A stretch of 64,000 nt of DNA from Dicyema japonicum (lineage: Eukaryota > Animalia > Dicyemida). The notes beneath the pieces were generated by a model that worked only from the letters and a program-made list of their open reading frames with translations, had not been told where the DNA came from and did no database searches. The DNA is taken from the NCBI GenBank assembly GCA_011109175.1, contig RDEW01000010.1, positions 851,837 through 915,836 on the forward strand, given 5' to 3'. A program made the translations under genes and the position numbers. Shown in pieces: positions 34,595-47,720 of the stretch (the first letter of the stretch is position 1; each line of letters opens with the position of its first letter).

Positions 34595-35124
34595 TCATAA
34601 TTAATTAATCCAAGGAATGAACCCAACGGAGAACGTCTGCTCGTACACCAAACCCATCTTCAATAGGTCATTAATACCCCGCTTCTGAAGAGTGATGGAG
34701 AAGTATTCCGCCCTTTTCTATTGTTCTACCTTCACTTTATTCTTCAGTGGAAGAGGTTTCATAATAGGAATTGTTTTGGTAAGATGGAAAGTAAATGAAT
34801 AAATAATAAATATGACATTTCCAGAAATTATCTACAGATATAAAAGTCAGAGTGTTTGAAATTGATGTGTGTTATGGATACATACTCTAATTGCTTTGGA
34901 ATCGGTGATTTCCATGGAAGACCGACTACAACCTTACCATAGTTCTTAATAAGGAAAACTGGGTCGAGGACGAGTGACGATCTAGATACAATAAGGACAA
35001 AGACTAGGAATAGAAAACGCTGGATGAGATTAACTTAAGTATTCATATGCTTACGAGTAGCGTGGGAGTGCAGTTAACAAAATAATATGTCGCGCTCAAA
35101 GACAGAAAATTTGAAAACCTGATA

Positions 35125-35327
35125 ACTAAATCCCTATGCGGCCTTCGGTCGAATCATCTAATTTTCCAATGAATCTCTTTTTTTAAACTCTTTTTAGAAT
35201 TTTAATTTTCTAAAGGACCGATATCTTGAAGAGGTTGAATCATGTTATTTGCAATTATCTTAGGCATATCCTTTTTTAGCTATATAAGTGCGCACGGACA
35301 GACAACTCATTCTTTTATTATATAGAT
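35125..35327. mobile_element. Possible non-autonomous Helentron/HINE-like element
   Basis: GCGGCCTTCGGTCG hairpin at one end; GGACAGACA microsatellite and TTTTATTATATAGAT at the other. Confidence 0.4.
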
Positions 35328-35399
35328 AAGCACACTGCAAAACAACGTTAGTAAAGTTATCTCGCTTGTGCCACCCTTTCATGGGTGCGTTTTATTAAT

Positions 35400-37100
35400 C
35401 GCTTCCAGTTCCCTCTGTCCTCGATAGGTTTCTCAGGTGCTTAAGATCATCTGCCGACGTCAACCCTTACCCAATCGAAGTTAGGTCTTGATGTAAAAGG
35501 GTTGGTAGAGTAATTCGTGGTTTCCCCGGAAAGTCGATCCCGGGTGAAAAGCATAGTGGTGTTCCATCGCGAGATTAGCCCCATCTGTTACTTCTTATTT
35601 TTCCGTCAATGAGTGGATATTGTAATGGGAATAGAGGTGTTTGTTTGAGATGTGCTTTGGCCAGGAAATTCTTAGAATGTATCTGAGCTGCATTCTATGA
35701 AAGGAGATCAGACTTTCCATTTCAGGCTTTGAGAGTGCCCAGGTAGAAGAGTTGTACAATAAAACCGTTTTACGAACATATTGTATAATTTGATTTTTAA
35801 AGAGGCAGAAATTTGTTTACCTCGTAACCATACGTTGTTAAGTCTTTTAAGACCTTTGTTCAAAATGTAAGTACTTAGTTTTTGAAACTCTTCAGGAGCG
35901 TATTTTATGAGCTCTGCGTTAACATTATCTGGGCCTGAAGCTTTTGAGTTATTTAGTCTGGTCACATCCTTTTTAACTTCCGTTAAAGTTATTTCTGGTG
36001 ATAGATTTCTGGGGACTCCATCAAACGGATAAAGCTTTTGTTCGTTATCAAAATTGAAATATTTTCGAAGTGATCAGCTATGGTGTCTGTGCGTTCCTGT
36101 TTGTTGTAAATGGTTTTTTTCCGAGTTCATCATGAACTGTTAGATTTTCAGATTTCTTTTTTCGTGCTAGCATCTTTACAGACGCATACATTTGCGCTTC
36201 GTGTTTGTACTTTCCTACTTCATTTGCAAGGTTTTGTAACTCTGTTTTGTGGTTTACCTGACACTTTTTTCTTGATTTCTCGCATAATTTTGTTCTTTGG
36301 ATTTTAAACTCAGTTTTTTTCACTTGGTTGTGGGTGTTCATGCATTTGATACGTAGATCCTTTTGTAATAAGAAAGGTGATCTAGATATGAATCGTGTAT
36401 TCCTTTGAAGGTTTTGGGAATTATCCCAATCGTGTGATTAGCCGCTGATTTTATTTTGTTAACGAGTTTATTCTATAAACTTCCAGCAGGTTGATTGAGA
36501 TTGATCGGTTCTATGGTTTGTGATATTTTAGCTGAATGGTTATTTCTGTGGACAGAATTGTTTCTTAAGAGTTCGACTGCGTATCTAACTTCTCTGTGTC
36601 TGTTTTTGACTCTGTTAATCCAAAATCTTCTATTTAGAAGAAGTTTGATTACTAATAGTACCCATGAAACTCAGTTCTCGGGCCCGCGTCCAATTTTTAC
36701 TTATGTAGAGTATATAGCTCGTGGATATTTCCATAAGGGTTGTGGATAGTGAACTGTAAAAATCATCCAGTTCCGTTGGTTTTTAGATACTTTTGGAGAT
36801 GTAGGTGCATATACATTTATAATTGTAGAGTTAGATCCAGTTTCCAATTGAATTACAAAAAATTCTGTTCATTCACTTTCCATTTCTTTTCATATATTAC
36901 CTGAGTCTGATATCCAACGCAAAGTCCATTCAGTAGTAGTGACAGTCCGAAGGAAGCAAGATAAGGTCGTGGTCAGCATTTTGTTCGTTAAATCCTTCTT
37001 TGACTTTGGTCTCTTGCAAGCAGCAGATAGTAATGTTGAACCGTTTCAGATCCTGGCACAGTGACCTCCTTTTGACCGACGACTTTAATCCTCGAAGTAT
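35400..37100 (-). mobile_element. RTE, internally deleted and decayed
   Basis: APE start near 37050; LNNSKASGPDNVNAELIKY; GKPR remnant near 35520. Confidence 0.8.
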
Positions 37101-37372
37101 GCTAGCGTGAACAGAGAGTTTGGAAAGAGTAAAAAAGACATTAGTGCAATTTGAGATGCGTCACCAACCTCAACCAGAAAAAATCTCAAATCATGGATTT
37201 TTAATTACTTGGTGTAATTTATATTTTGCCTATATTTGATTTGAATTTACTAATATTTGCTAAAACTTTCTAAAATTAACCAAATTTAATAATATCGTCT
37301 AATTAGTATATCAGACGTAAAAATCGGGAATATATTTATATAGTAAACTGTTCATATTAAGGTAAGAACATA

Positions 37373-39396
37373 ATGATTTTTGTCTACGTGTTATTTTTGT
37401 CACGGAATTATATACTTTCTGAATGTCCGACGATTAAACTCACCCAAAACCCTGATATTTTTGAACATTCTGAATACTTGCTTACCCATTCCTTAGATGG
37501 GGTACTCTACATGAATCATTGGCCTACAAACAAGACAATGAAATGTCTCCCATCATTTACGTCTAAATTGTAACAGTTCTATCGTCATTTCACAGTAGAA
37601 GAATCTGGACTGACGAATTGCCTGCAAAGTACTTATTCAAGAACTTATCAGCCAATATAAACTTATCCGCAGTTAACGGAACAGTCCCACTTCCACGTTG
37701 TTATATCAAAAGTAATAATACCACGTGCTTTGTGAGTCCTCCAGTCCCAATTTATAGACCAGGTTTAGACAACTTTAAAACTTTAGAAATTAAATTCATA
37801 TTTTCAAATAACAGTGAAATAGAGGCATGTGTTGATGAACCCTTCGTTTTGAAGATTTTGGAGATCCCAGACTACGCTCTACCGTTTACATCAGCCTGTA
37901 AGATGAAATTCGACTACTGCAACATCCCAGGAACCCATTTGATTATTGGTTGTTAATATAAGACGACTTAAGACACAATATATATTTCCAGTATTGGAAA
38001 GAATAAGAGAATCAGCTGCTCCATTTTTGACAAAAAATTCGTCCTCAAAATAAAATTTGTCAATTGTTTTTTTTATATTTATTTCTCAGCATCCACTAAC
38101 TGTGGAGGAAAAAAAGGTAAAATAATATATCCCCGAATAACCACGTGTTCTACTACTATAAACACAAATACAACTACTTTAACAACGAAGTGACGTCAAA
38201 AATGATCGGATACCTTTGTCTTTCGCAGATGAGACTTATCAAGTAACAAAATATTTTTAATTTTTATAGAAATATCGTTTATAAAAACGAGAAGGGGGTG
38301 AAGATTCCAGAGATGTATTTATTTAAGAGATCAGCGGGAGTTCACAAATTCTCATGCCAAGTCGATAACTCTGAAGAAACGAAAGTCAACTTCACAGTTG
38401 TCATTCCTGGTGGCTTCACTTGTAATAAAATTAGAACCACCAAAAATCCTGTCAAAATTAAAAGACTGCCAAAATAGTGAGAACAGGTGTAATTTCACTG
38501 TCGACTTTTATTCCGGCAAATTCGGAAGCCCAATTATTGTCACATGGTACCTCAATGGGGATGAGTTAATTGGTTTTCTTAGTATTTCTTGAATTGTTAG
38601 AAAACGAAGACTTTCAAGTCATCGACAACTTCAACGTATCTTTAAATCTGAAGGCTTACAAATTTGGAAACATTCAGGCCATTATTAGCAACAACTTGGG
38701 AACACAGATGACGTATGCTTATGCTAATTATACTGGTATATGTAATCTGGATATATTGTAGAACCTCCTTATTTTGAAGTAGATCTCCCCCAAACCTTCA
38801 CTCTATCATCAAACGTCTCGACTCTCTCATTTACAGCCAAAGTCAAGTTCTCAGGAGTGGAAGAACCATTAATGTGGTGGACCAAAAACGGAGATATGAT
38901 TGATGATGGCACTTCAGAGAATGTTAATCACTCTGTTAATCATAAAACACGCACTTAGTAACTTCTAATAATTTAAATCAAGTTCTTTAGAGATTATTTC
39001 TACTAAAAATTCTTCCGACGAGGGAACTTATCAGTGCGTCTTTCAGGCAGGGTCAGTTATTGTAAAAAGCAGCGGCCTGGAAATCTTCAATAATGGTTAC
39101 TTTGGAAATGATCATTTACAGAATTCAAAGCTGAAAAGAAAAAGGACTATCTTCAAACTCTTTCTGTGATTGCAGGATCTGGCGTTTTAGTTCTTTTGAT
39201 TTTTCTATGTTTTATCTACATTAAGCGGCACCGAAGGAATAATTCCTGTGGGGTCTATTTAATATATTGTAGTGAACAAAATTGAAAAAATTTTTGGTCT
39301 GAAAAACGTAAATTCACTAAAATCTTCCTTCGTGGCAAATAAAACAGAAATTGGTATTTTGGCTTAAATTTCATTTTAGTACCGATTTTGGTTTGA
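37373..39396 (+). CDS. Immunoglobulin-superfamily single-pass membrane protein, spliced
   Basis: Hydrophobic N-terminus; Ig motifs SAGVHKFSC, VTWYLNG, WWTKNG, DEGTYQC; TM LSVIAGSGVLVLLIFLCFIYI then KRHRR; phase-1 introns of 25-28 nt between domains; region 37950-38230 unresolved. Confidence 0.75.
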
Positions 39397-39529
39397 AGCA
39401 ATTTAATTGATATTTATTTGTTAGATATGTATTTTAGATTCAAAATTTGTTTTTTTAATACAATTTAATAAATTAATAACAAACTAGTTAAAAGTCAACT
39501 TTTATGACAAGGGTTCTATTATGGCCTGC

Positions 39530-40060
39530 AGGCATTGAACACGCAATGGAGGTTACTCCTCATGATCGTGAGCCCAATTTTACGGAAAAAATATTCAATG
39601 GCCGGTGGTCATGCGGCTAAATCGTTCAAACGAGCAATAGGAATACACTAAATCCTCAGCCAAATTTTAAATTTGTTCATTTTATAATCCAATAAATGAC
39701 CAATGGTCGAATCACTAAATTAATTCAAACTCATATACCCAATTCGATATTTCTTGGAGTGTTTAGGAAAAATTGCTTTCGAAAGTAGACAATCTTAAAT
39801 TTCTGGATTTAGCTTAGTCTATCGCCGCCACGTGGTTTTGCGAGACTTCTCCGATTTTCAAATATCGTTTGATAATGGAATTCACAGTTTGGTATTTGAT
39901 ATTAACGATATTTGATATTTTGGATTTTGATCTTTCATTCAAATACTCATCAATAATTCGTTTTCGGTCTTCATCGGAAATTTTAGATCTTAAATTTGAA
40001 GATCGTCGAACCTTTATCGAATCAGGTCCACCATAGTGTCTTCACTCATTTAAAAATATC
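39530..40060 (-). mobile_element. Tc1/IS630-type transposase remnant
   Basis: HTH-like ISDEDRKRIIDEY...TVNSIIKRY...PRGGDR and a PAIEYFF remnant. Confidence 0.6.
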
Positions 40061-40219
40061 GTTCTTATCGATGACTATCTATTTGAATGATCGTGATTTG
40101 AAAGTTTGTATATTTTCAATGTCGTAATTACAAACAGAAAGAGCAAGGGATTTATGGAAGTGATTTAACAGAAGCTTAAAATCAACCGAGGACCCAATTA
40201 GGAACTAGTAAGGGTCTTT

Positions 40220-41100
40220 CAGCTGTTATGTAAGATCTCTGCGAGGAGGTGATTTGTCACACAACAAAAAGAGCTCTCTTGCTTCTATTATCTCAATATG
40301 GTAGAATCTTTACAGGCCCTTCATTCAATTGAACATCAACGGAATAAAAGGGAAGACAATTAATTCGTCGATTTCTAATCATACACAAAATTGACATTTG
40401 TCTTTTATAAGAAACAAGGTTTATTCGTTCTTCTCCCTTGCTCAGCTTGCTTGGTTATGACGTTATTCGGCAAGACCACCCGTCCTGTAGCGGAGGAATG
40501 AGATCACGAATTTTACAACATACTCTACGATTTTAGTACGGATGGACATTGAAATAGTCACGATTATAAACATATTCATATCTTCTTCCAGTTTCTGTAC
40601 AGGGACTTCAGAATGTTTTGGAAGATCTCCGAAACGAAAAAAACGTGCTGGTACGTAGAGATCTGAATTCCAAACACCTGGCCTGATTAAATGGGCAATT
40701 GGCAGTCATGAGAAAAAATCTTTTACTAGCAAGTCTGGATGGCCAAGTACTTCTAAGATTTATTGAACTCAAAAAATATGCTAACTCAAGGATAGTATTA
40801 CATGTCCGGCCTTAACACTTCTTTTAGTTAGTATCCCTTTCTCTTCAGTTGGTCTGTCTGTGGTTTACGATTTATACTTATCTCAGTTAAAGGAAGACCT
40901 TTTACATATAGTAGACTGCCCAGACAAAACTACAAAAATGTCAATTGGAAGAAATTCGCTTCCGTTGTTAACTATAAGCAGGTGGGAAACAATATGGGAA
41001 CCTTTGAATCTACCAATAACTCAGTCTCTCATTTTAACAAGATAATTCAAGACGTAAAGAAAACATTTATAAAAAGCTCCTCCTCTTTCGACAAGCATAT
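40220..41100 (+). mobile_element. Heavily decayed Ingi/Vingi-like 5' part
   Basis: 5' signature remnant, VES..GP 2A remnant, QLNINGIK, NYKNVNWKKF linker. Confidence 0.6.
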
Positions 41101-43477
41101 TTCCCAAAATCTGACTGGGAGTTTTCATTGAGACCAGTCAATACCATCAAATTGAATATTCAGAATTTTTCAGTCTTCCATCTAATTAGCTCCTCCAGAG
41201 ATATCAGACTCGTGGATACAGGGGAACTTAGTAGCAAGAAAACCATCTTGATAACAAAAATACTATTTTTCAACAGAAAAAAACGGTATGTGTTACAGGA
41301 GATTTAACTTAAGAAACTAATCAACCTTTCTCCTATAAACTTTCCCACCCAGAATGAGAATAGTGGACAGCCAAATAAAACCGTATAAGAAGTGTTGACT
41401 ATGTTTGCAGCAGAAATATAGGATTCCAGGCGATTTTATATTATGAAGAACTTGTCTGGTGGAACGTTGACATTCATAATCTCCGATTACTAGCAGGCTG
41501 TGGTCTGAAAAGTGGGAATAGCGATTTCCAGAGCATCGATAATTGAGTCGTCTTTCCCAATCGTTATATGGTCTAGGTACTATATATTAGTGGGACTGAG
41601 ATCTCAGAATAATAGTTAGAAAAAAAGAAATCCAAGAAGCTCAGCTCACTACATACCAGTAGAGAGTCAACCAGAATTATAGTTATATCCCGTTTTCTCC
41701 GTTCTCCCCTTTCTAATTCATAATACTCTCTTTGAATAATCGCTTTTGCTATTCCTTTGTTATCGAGATATTGCTCATTTTTTGATTGACAAATTGGTCC
41801 AGTTAACTGGAAATACGATATTGAGACATTGATCATTTTTTGACAATAATTTCCAAATTTCAGAACTCCCACTACAAAAGATCCAAAGGCGCTCTAGAAT
41901 TAGAAAGAACACTAGCAAATAAGAGAGGAGTGTTTAGTAATAAGAGTGTTATAGTAGCTACCGCGAGTAAGACAAACAAGCAATTCCCCTCTTAAGACTC
42001 GTATGGAATGTGCTAAATTAGCCATCCCTCTTTTTGGATGTCCCTTCTCCTTTTTTGATAGCAACGATATGATGACACCTAAGAAGGAAAGTGAATTGGG
42101 TTCTAGAATCTCCGAGGTTTCAGCTTTGACGAGTTTGAGAGATGTGAAACTAAAATTTTGAGGTTATTTCAATAACTGAGTTTATAATATAATCCGCGTT
42201 TTCTCGTTGCTATGGTTAAGACAAAGCATATGAAACACGGAAAACCGAAGGAATGTCAGTCTTTTGTTTTTTTCCATTGCCAGTTAAAGTAGTTAATCAA
42301 GGTCATCTACATCTCTGAGAAACGTTTTTGGATGTCATCGATCTAACGATTGGAAGAGTGATTCTTGGTTCGATAAGCTTCAGAGGAGAAGTAGTCATTC
42401 GTGAATATTTAGTTGTTACAAGACTGATAATTCGAAATAAAATGGAATGAAAAAATATCATTTTACTTCCTACACTGAGTCAGAGGGGTTCCTACAAACT
42501 GAAAAAACTGGATGTTTCCTTCTTTTTCTGTTGGTTCTGAATATACTTGTGTGAAATTGGAAGGATTTTACCTCTGCGACAGTGGAAATTGGATACATTT
42601 AATTATTGCTTACTATTAACTTTTTTCTCGGTGTATCAAAAAATTATAAATAAAATGGCATTTTATGGCAACTTTTCTACAAAATCGATTATTGGTAATA
42701 ATTTGAAGAAACATGATTTTGGATTACGGAAGAGAGAGCCTAGAGTAACACCACAGCTCTTACAGAAAACTGGGAACGCGATTATTAGGGATAACTCTCA
42801 TTGTCTGGTTAGTTTCTGCAAATAATAATCATTGCACATTAATTATATTTCAAGTATTTTTTTGTTATTATCTGATTTGTTAGCCACGTGGTTAATTAAT
42901 TGGAAGGTAGAAATGATGACTTTGACCTAAATGTCCACTTAGCTTCATGATGAAAGTCCCTTATCTTTTTCTTATCGTTAGGATAGACAGAGTGACGGAA
43001 ATATCGGATGCACGTACGATCAGGTTTTGAATCTCGGCAAGCTAAAATTGAATTATGTGTAGTGCTATTTACTAGCTTAATAATTCAAATGATCATGTAT
43101 TAGTGCAAATCAAATACTTATATTTTTTAGTGCAAGCAAACTTTAAGACGAAACCTGACTACAGAGAAATATTTAAATTAGTTTAAATTAGTTATGGTAC
43201 TTATCTGTGTATGTTTACTACAAAAAATTAAAGTTGTTTATCAAATTGAAATTATCATGACTAATTAGGAAAACTGCGATCATGACATTCAATGACTAAA
43301 ATTTAATAGAAGTATATTATCTAAAAAAGATAATAAAAATATAAGAGTAAACGTTAAAAAAATTAGGAGTCGTTTTGTAATAAATTATAAGTTTATTATG
43401 AAAAGTTATTAAAATGTTAAACGATAGCAATAAAAAATATTAAAAAGATTTTAATAAAGGAAATATTATTATTAAAG

Positions 43478-43558
43478 GCTGTGATGGCCGAGTGGTTAAG
43501 GCGGTGGATTCGAAATCCAATGGGTTTACCCGCGCAGGTTCGAATCCTGCCCACAGCG
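43478..43558 (+). tRNA. tRNA-Ser(CGA)
   Basis: Complete cloverleaf with long variable arm, anticodon CGA, downstream T5 terminator; mismatches A7:C66 and G27:A43. Confidence 0.9.
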
Positions 43559-43889
43559 TTTTTGCAAAATTTTTCAAACATTATGGATTTAATTATTTTA
43601 TATTACATGTCTAGCATTAAATGAAACATTCGTATTGGTTGTTTTATTTAGTAAATTTTAACCTAAATGTACATGATAAAGCGTATTTGATTATTTAAAC
43701 TCACAAAATAACCACAATATTCAGGAAAATAACTATTGTGAAATTAATTCTTGAAAAATATTTAAAATTCAATTATTAGAATTGATTTATTAAAACTGCA
43801 GTCAAGAATAAGATGCTTTTCAACAAGGTTCCTTTTTATCACCAGCCTTATTAACTATATATTATGCTGATGACCTATTAGATCTCCTA

Positions 43890-46800
43890 ATTATTATTAT
43901 TAAAGCACTTTCACGAAAGCCATAATGATGCCATATTATTAAAGCACTTTCACGATTATAGCCCCGCATGTGCAACACTCAAAGAAACAATATTTATAGT
44001 TAGTCTTTTCCATCTTCCTCTGTCGAATGCGAGTGATCTCAATTCTTCCAGGTCGTCTCCCGTCTTTAGATTTTTTCTCACACAATTTAAGTCTTTGTTT
44101 AGGGCTGTCTGAAGTGTCGTTCTAGGTCGTCCGCGGAAGGGTTTTTCGCATCTGTCAAAGTAATCTTCCATCGCTTTGTTAGCGGGTGCGTCCGGGTTCA
44201 TTCTTAGTACATGCCCAAATAGCCTCCACCGGGCATCTATCACATCCTTGCTGATGTAAGAACACATACACTTGTTGTAGATACCAGTGGTTGATATTCT
44301 ACGTGGCCACTCCATTCCGAGTAAGCTTCTTAGTTGCCTTCTATGGAACGAATCCAGTTTCAATAGTTCGTTGAAGGAACTTCCCCATGTCCCAGCGTTA
44401 TACAGTAGGATCGGTTTCACAAACGCGTTGTAAAGCCTGCATCTGATGTCAATTCCAAGTCCTTTGGCCCTTAGCCATCCTTTCTTCAGTTTAGCCATTG
44501 CCGCATTTGCCAGTGTTTTCCTCCTTAGTACATCTTCAGCGTCTCCTAGTAGAGAGCCGAGCTTATTAGTACGTCTCCATCTTTCATGAGTAATATCGTC
44601 TTCTCTTTTGATTTCCGTAATTTCAGTTTTGTTAACATTTACGCTGAGAAACCATTTCTCAAGCTCCGCAGGTGCATTTTCTAGCAGGTGTTGGAGTGCG
44701 GTCACATCCCGTGATACAAAATCCACATCATCCGCATAAGATGTCTCTTCTATGTCTCCTATATAGCATTTACGGAGGTCGCGGAGTGCAGATTCAAGGT
44801 ATATGGTGAATAGTAAAGGGGAGAGGGAATCACCCTGGGGTGTCCCAATCGTTGTTTTGAAACTGCGGGAAGTTGCTCCTTCTGTCCTCACAGATAGTCT
44901 TGTGTTCGCAAGTAGTAGTCTGATTATCCTAACCGACGATTCATCCAATATTTGCTCAAGCACATTCATCAGTTTCTGTCTGTTTATTGAGTCGAAAGCT
45001 CTGGAGAGATCTATTCCCAACACGGTTGTTGCGCTCTTGAATCTTTGGTGCGTTGCGCAGCGCCATCTGTGGCTCCATACAATGTCTGCCGTAGACCTCC
45101 CTTCTCGGAACCCACTTTGACTTGCTGGTAGGTATAGATCGCCATACCCTTTATCCGGCTTAGTGCAATGTTTGCCGCACCTTGCGTATCGAATTCAGAA
45201 GTATTATCGGGCGGAGATTTTCTACTGGTCCTTTTGATTTGTTCGGTTTTTGTATGGGTATTAATAATCCATTTCCAAGTCCTAGATCGGTATTAGTTTC
45301 AAAGACGTCATTTAGGGTTTTTGCAATTGTGTCGCTAAGTTTTTTTGGCCCATATTTTAGGAGCTCAGGGCTTATGTTGTCCGGCCCAGCACTCTTGTTG
45401 TTCTTCAGTTTATTTATCGCTAATTCCACCTCTTCCACTGTGATTGGGATTTTTAGCGCCTTTGCTTTCCTTGGAAAGGGGGAAAGTCATTATTTTCTTT
45501 ATTCAACAGTGTTTCGAAGTGTCGTGCAATCAATTCTGCTTTTTCTTTCGGGTTACCCACGAATTTTCCATCTTTGTCTTTGATGTGAAGGATGTTTTGT
45601 CCTTTCTTTGTCCGCAGCAGCCGCAAAGCCGCATACATCCTTGAATTGTCTTTTAGGCATTCCACATCTTTTAATAGGGATGTAATAATTTCCCGTGAGT
45701 GTTTTCTGTTCATCTTTTTGATTTTCCACTTTAGTTCCCTTTGTTGGATATTAAGCTCTTTTTTTTACTCTCGTCTGACGTGTTTGCCGCTTTTAGTCGT
45801 AGCTCTCTGCAATGCTTTGCCATATTTGGCACGTTCGGGTGGTGATCCAATTTTAGGGCGTGATGATTTCGGACTCCAAGGCATATTTTGGCCGACTTGG
45901 AGATTGCCTGTTTTGTTTGATCCCACAGAGTTCGTACTGATGATTCCGGTGCGGTTTTCACCATAAGAGTCTCGATTTGTTCGTGATATTTAGCTCTACA
46001 AGTTGGCTCTAACCACAATTTTTCTGTCTGAAAGTATATATTGGGTCTTTGTCTCGCCTTCTTCGCGTTTTCAATGTATTTTTTCCCAGTCAGGTGCTTT
46101 TTTACACAAAGTTTTGCAATGACGATCCTGTGGTCGCTGTCGGTTGTTGTTCCCTGGTAGGAACGTGCATCATTTATCAGGTGTTTATCAGACTTTCGGC
46201 AGATAATGTAGTCGATTTGATTATATATATTCACGGTCTCTTCGACAGAGTTTTTTCTTTGTCCGTGCCACGTCGTCTTGTGGCAAGCTGAGTGCGTAAA
46301 GGCCGTGTTGCACAGGAAAAGGCTATTTGCCTCGCAGAAGTTTACCAGAGAGGCACCAGATGCATTTCTCCTTCCGCGCCCGTGTCTTCCAATAGAGGAT
46401 TCTTCGGGCCCCATTCGCATTCCGGCCTTTGCATTCATATCTCCCGCAACAAAGACAAGAGACGAGGAAGCATTGTTAGAGTATGTGCTTGATAGTTCTG
46501 AGTAGAATTCCTCGAGTTCATCGGGGTTCTTGATTACTCGTCCACAGTGTGGTGCATAGACATTTATGACGGTTAGTAGACTCTTGGACGGGCATAGTTC
46601 ATTTAGTTTGACTTGTAGGACACATATTCGGACTCGCGATGTAATTTTTTGAGGTAATCCACGTGTAGGGCAAATCCCATGCCGTAGTGCTTGCATTCAG
46701 TTGGGAAGAGAATCAGTCGGTAGTTGTTCCATGTCTCATCGTGTCCATTTTCGATTTTCGTCTCTTGTAGGCAGCCAATAGATATTTTGTATTTCTCGAG

Positions 46801-46938
46801 ATCGTCACAAAGTACTTTCCTTGTCCAATTTTTCGATATTCCACGTACGTTGAACGTCATTAGCCTGAGTTCTCGATTGTATGATGAGTGTTTTTCAGAC
46901 ATTTTTCTTAACCGTTGTACAGAGAAGAAACGAGGCAC
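43890..46938 (-). mobile_element. Near full-length RTE (APE+RT), a few frameshifts, duplicated 3' terminus
   Basis: TFNVRG, CLQETK, GDMNAK, NQIDYI, SDHR; DLSRAFD, GTPQGDSLSP, YADD; CGTGAAAGTGCTTTAATAAT occurs twice. Confidence 0.95.
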
Positions 46939-47680
46939 GTCACCACCTCACCAAAAAGATCTCCTAATGGCATCAGAAAGACTACAAGAATACCTTCACA
47001 GGATTCAAATTTGGCTAAATTATAACCGGCTTGATATATCGATTGAAAAATCTTCTTCGTCCTTATTCACCTCAGAGAAACGACTTGGACAAATGACAGT
47101 GGATATATTTATCAACCAGACAAAAATACATTTCACGAAGAAACTGAAAATCTTGGGGATCACCTTCGACACAAACATTTCCTTTTCATCTCATATCTAC
47201 GGGATGTCAAGAAGCTGCTCAAGAATTCTAGGGATAATCAAATCTATTTTTGGTGACATTAAGACCTTCTTCAAGCATTGAAATTATTGTACAAACAATT
47301 AATTGAGCGATCTGTCAGCTATGCCTTTGTGTCATAGAGAATCAATCTCTCCTGGACAAACAAACAAACAATCAGCGACATTCAGTCATTGACATACACT
47401 ACTATTAGTAATCTCGGGAACTAATTCCCTCATCACTTGAAGACCTTATCTCACAAAATGAAAGGGATTTGCTTCCCTGCGCAGTCAGTGCAACTCCCAG
47501 CAGTAACACGGCCATGAGGTGTTTTATGAGAAGTGTATACATCACCCCTCTCCAATTTCTTTCCCAAATAATCCGGCCTACATAGAAGTTGCATTGGATC
47601 CTAGAAGGCTCACAAGGAGAGAATGAGAAATTTGATAGAGGCCTTCGAGATCACTTAATTAATTTAGTAATTAAATTAAC
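46930..47680 (+). mobile_element. Ingi/Vingi-like RT 3' fragment
   Basis: KLKILGITFD; near-identical to 62550-62790; ends GAGATCACTTAA. Confidence 0.8.
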
Positions 47681-47720
47681 TATTGGTGTTCTTGGGTAAG
47701 TAATAATGCAAACATGGCCA

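Noticed and set aside
36930-37200. Hammerhead or HDV ribozyme at RTE 5' ends
   Set aside because: No CTGATGA/GAAA core or nested pseudoknot found by eye; the RTE 5' UTRs here are truncated or decayed
42910-43160. Box C/D snoRNA (two ATGATGA motifs)
   Set aside because: No suitably placed CTGA box, terminal stem or rRNA guide found
44803-46505. Plus-strand ORFs over the RTE, and similar antisense ORFs over other elements
   Set aside because: Shadow frames of RT/APE coding sequence with no independent motifs
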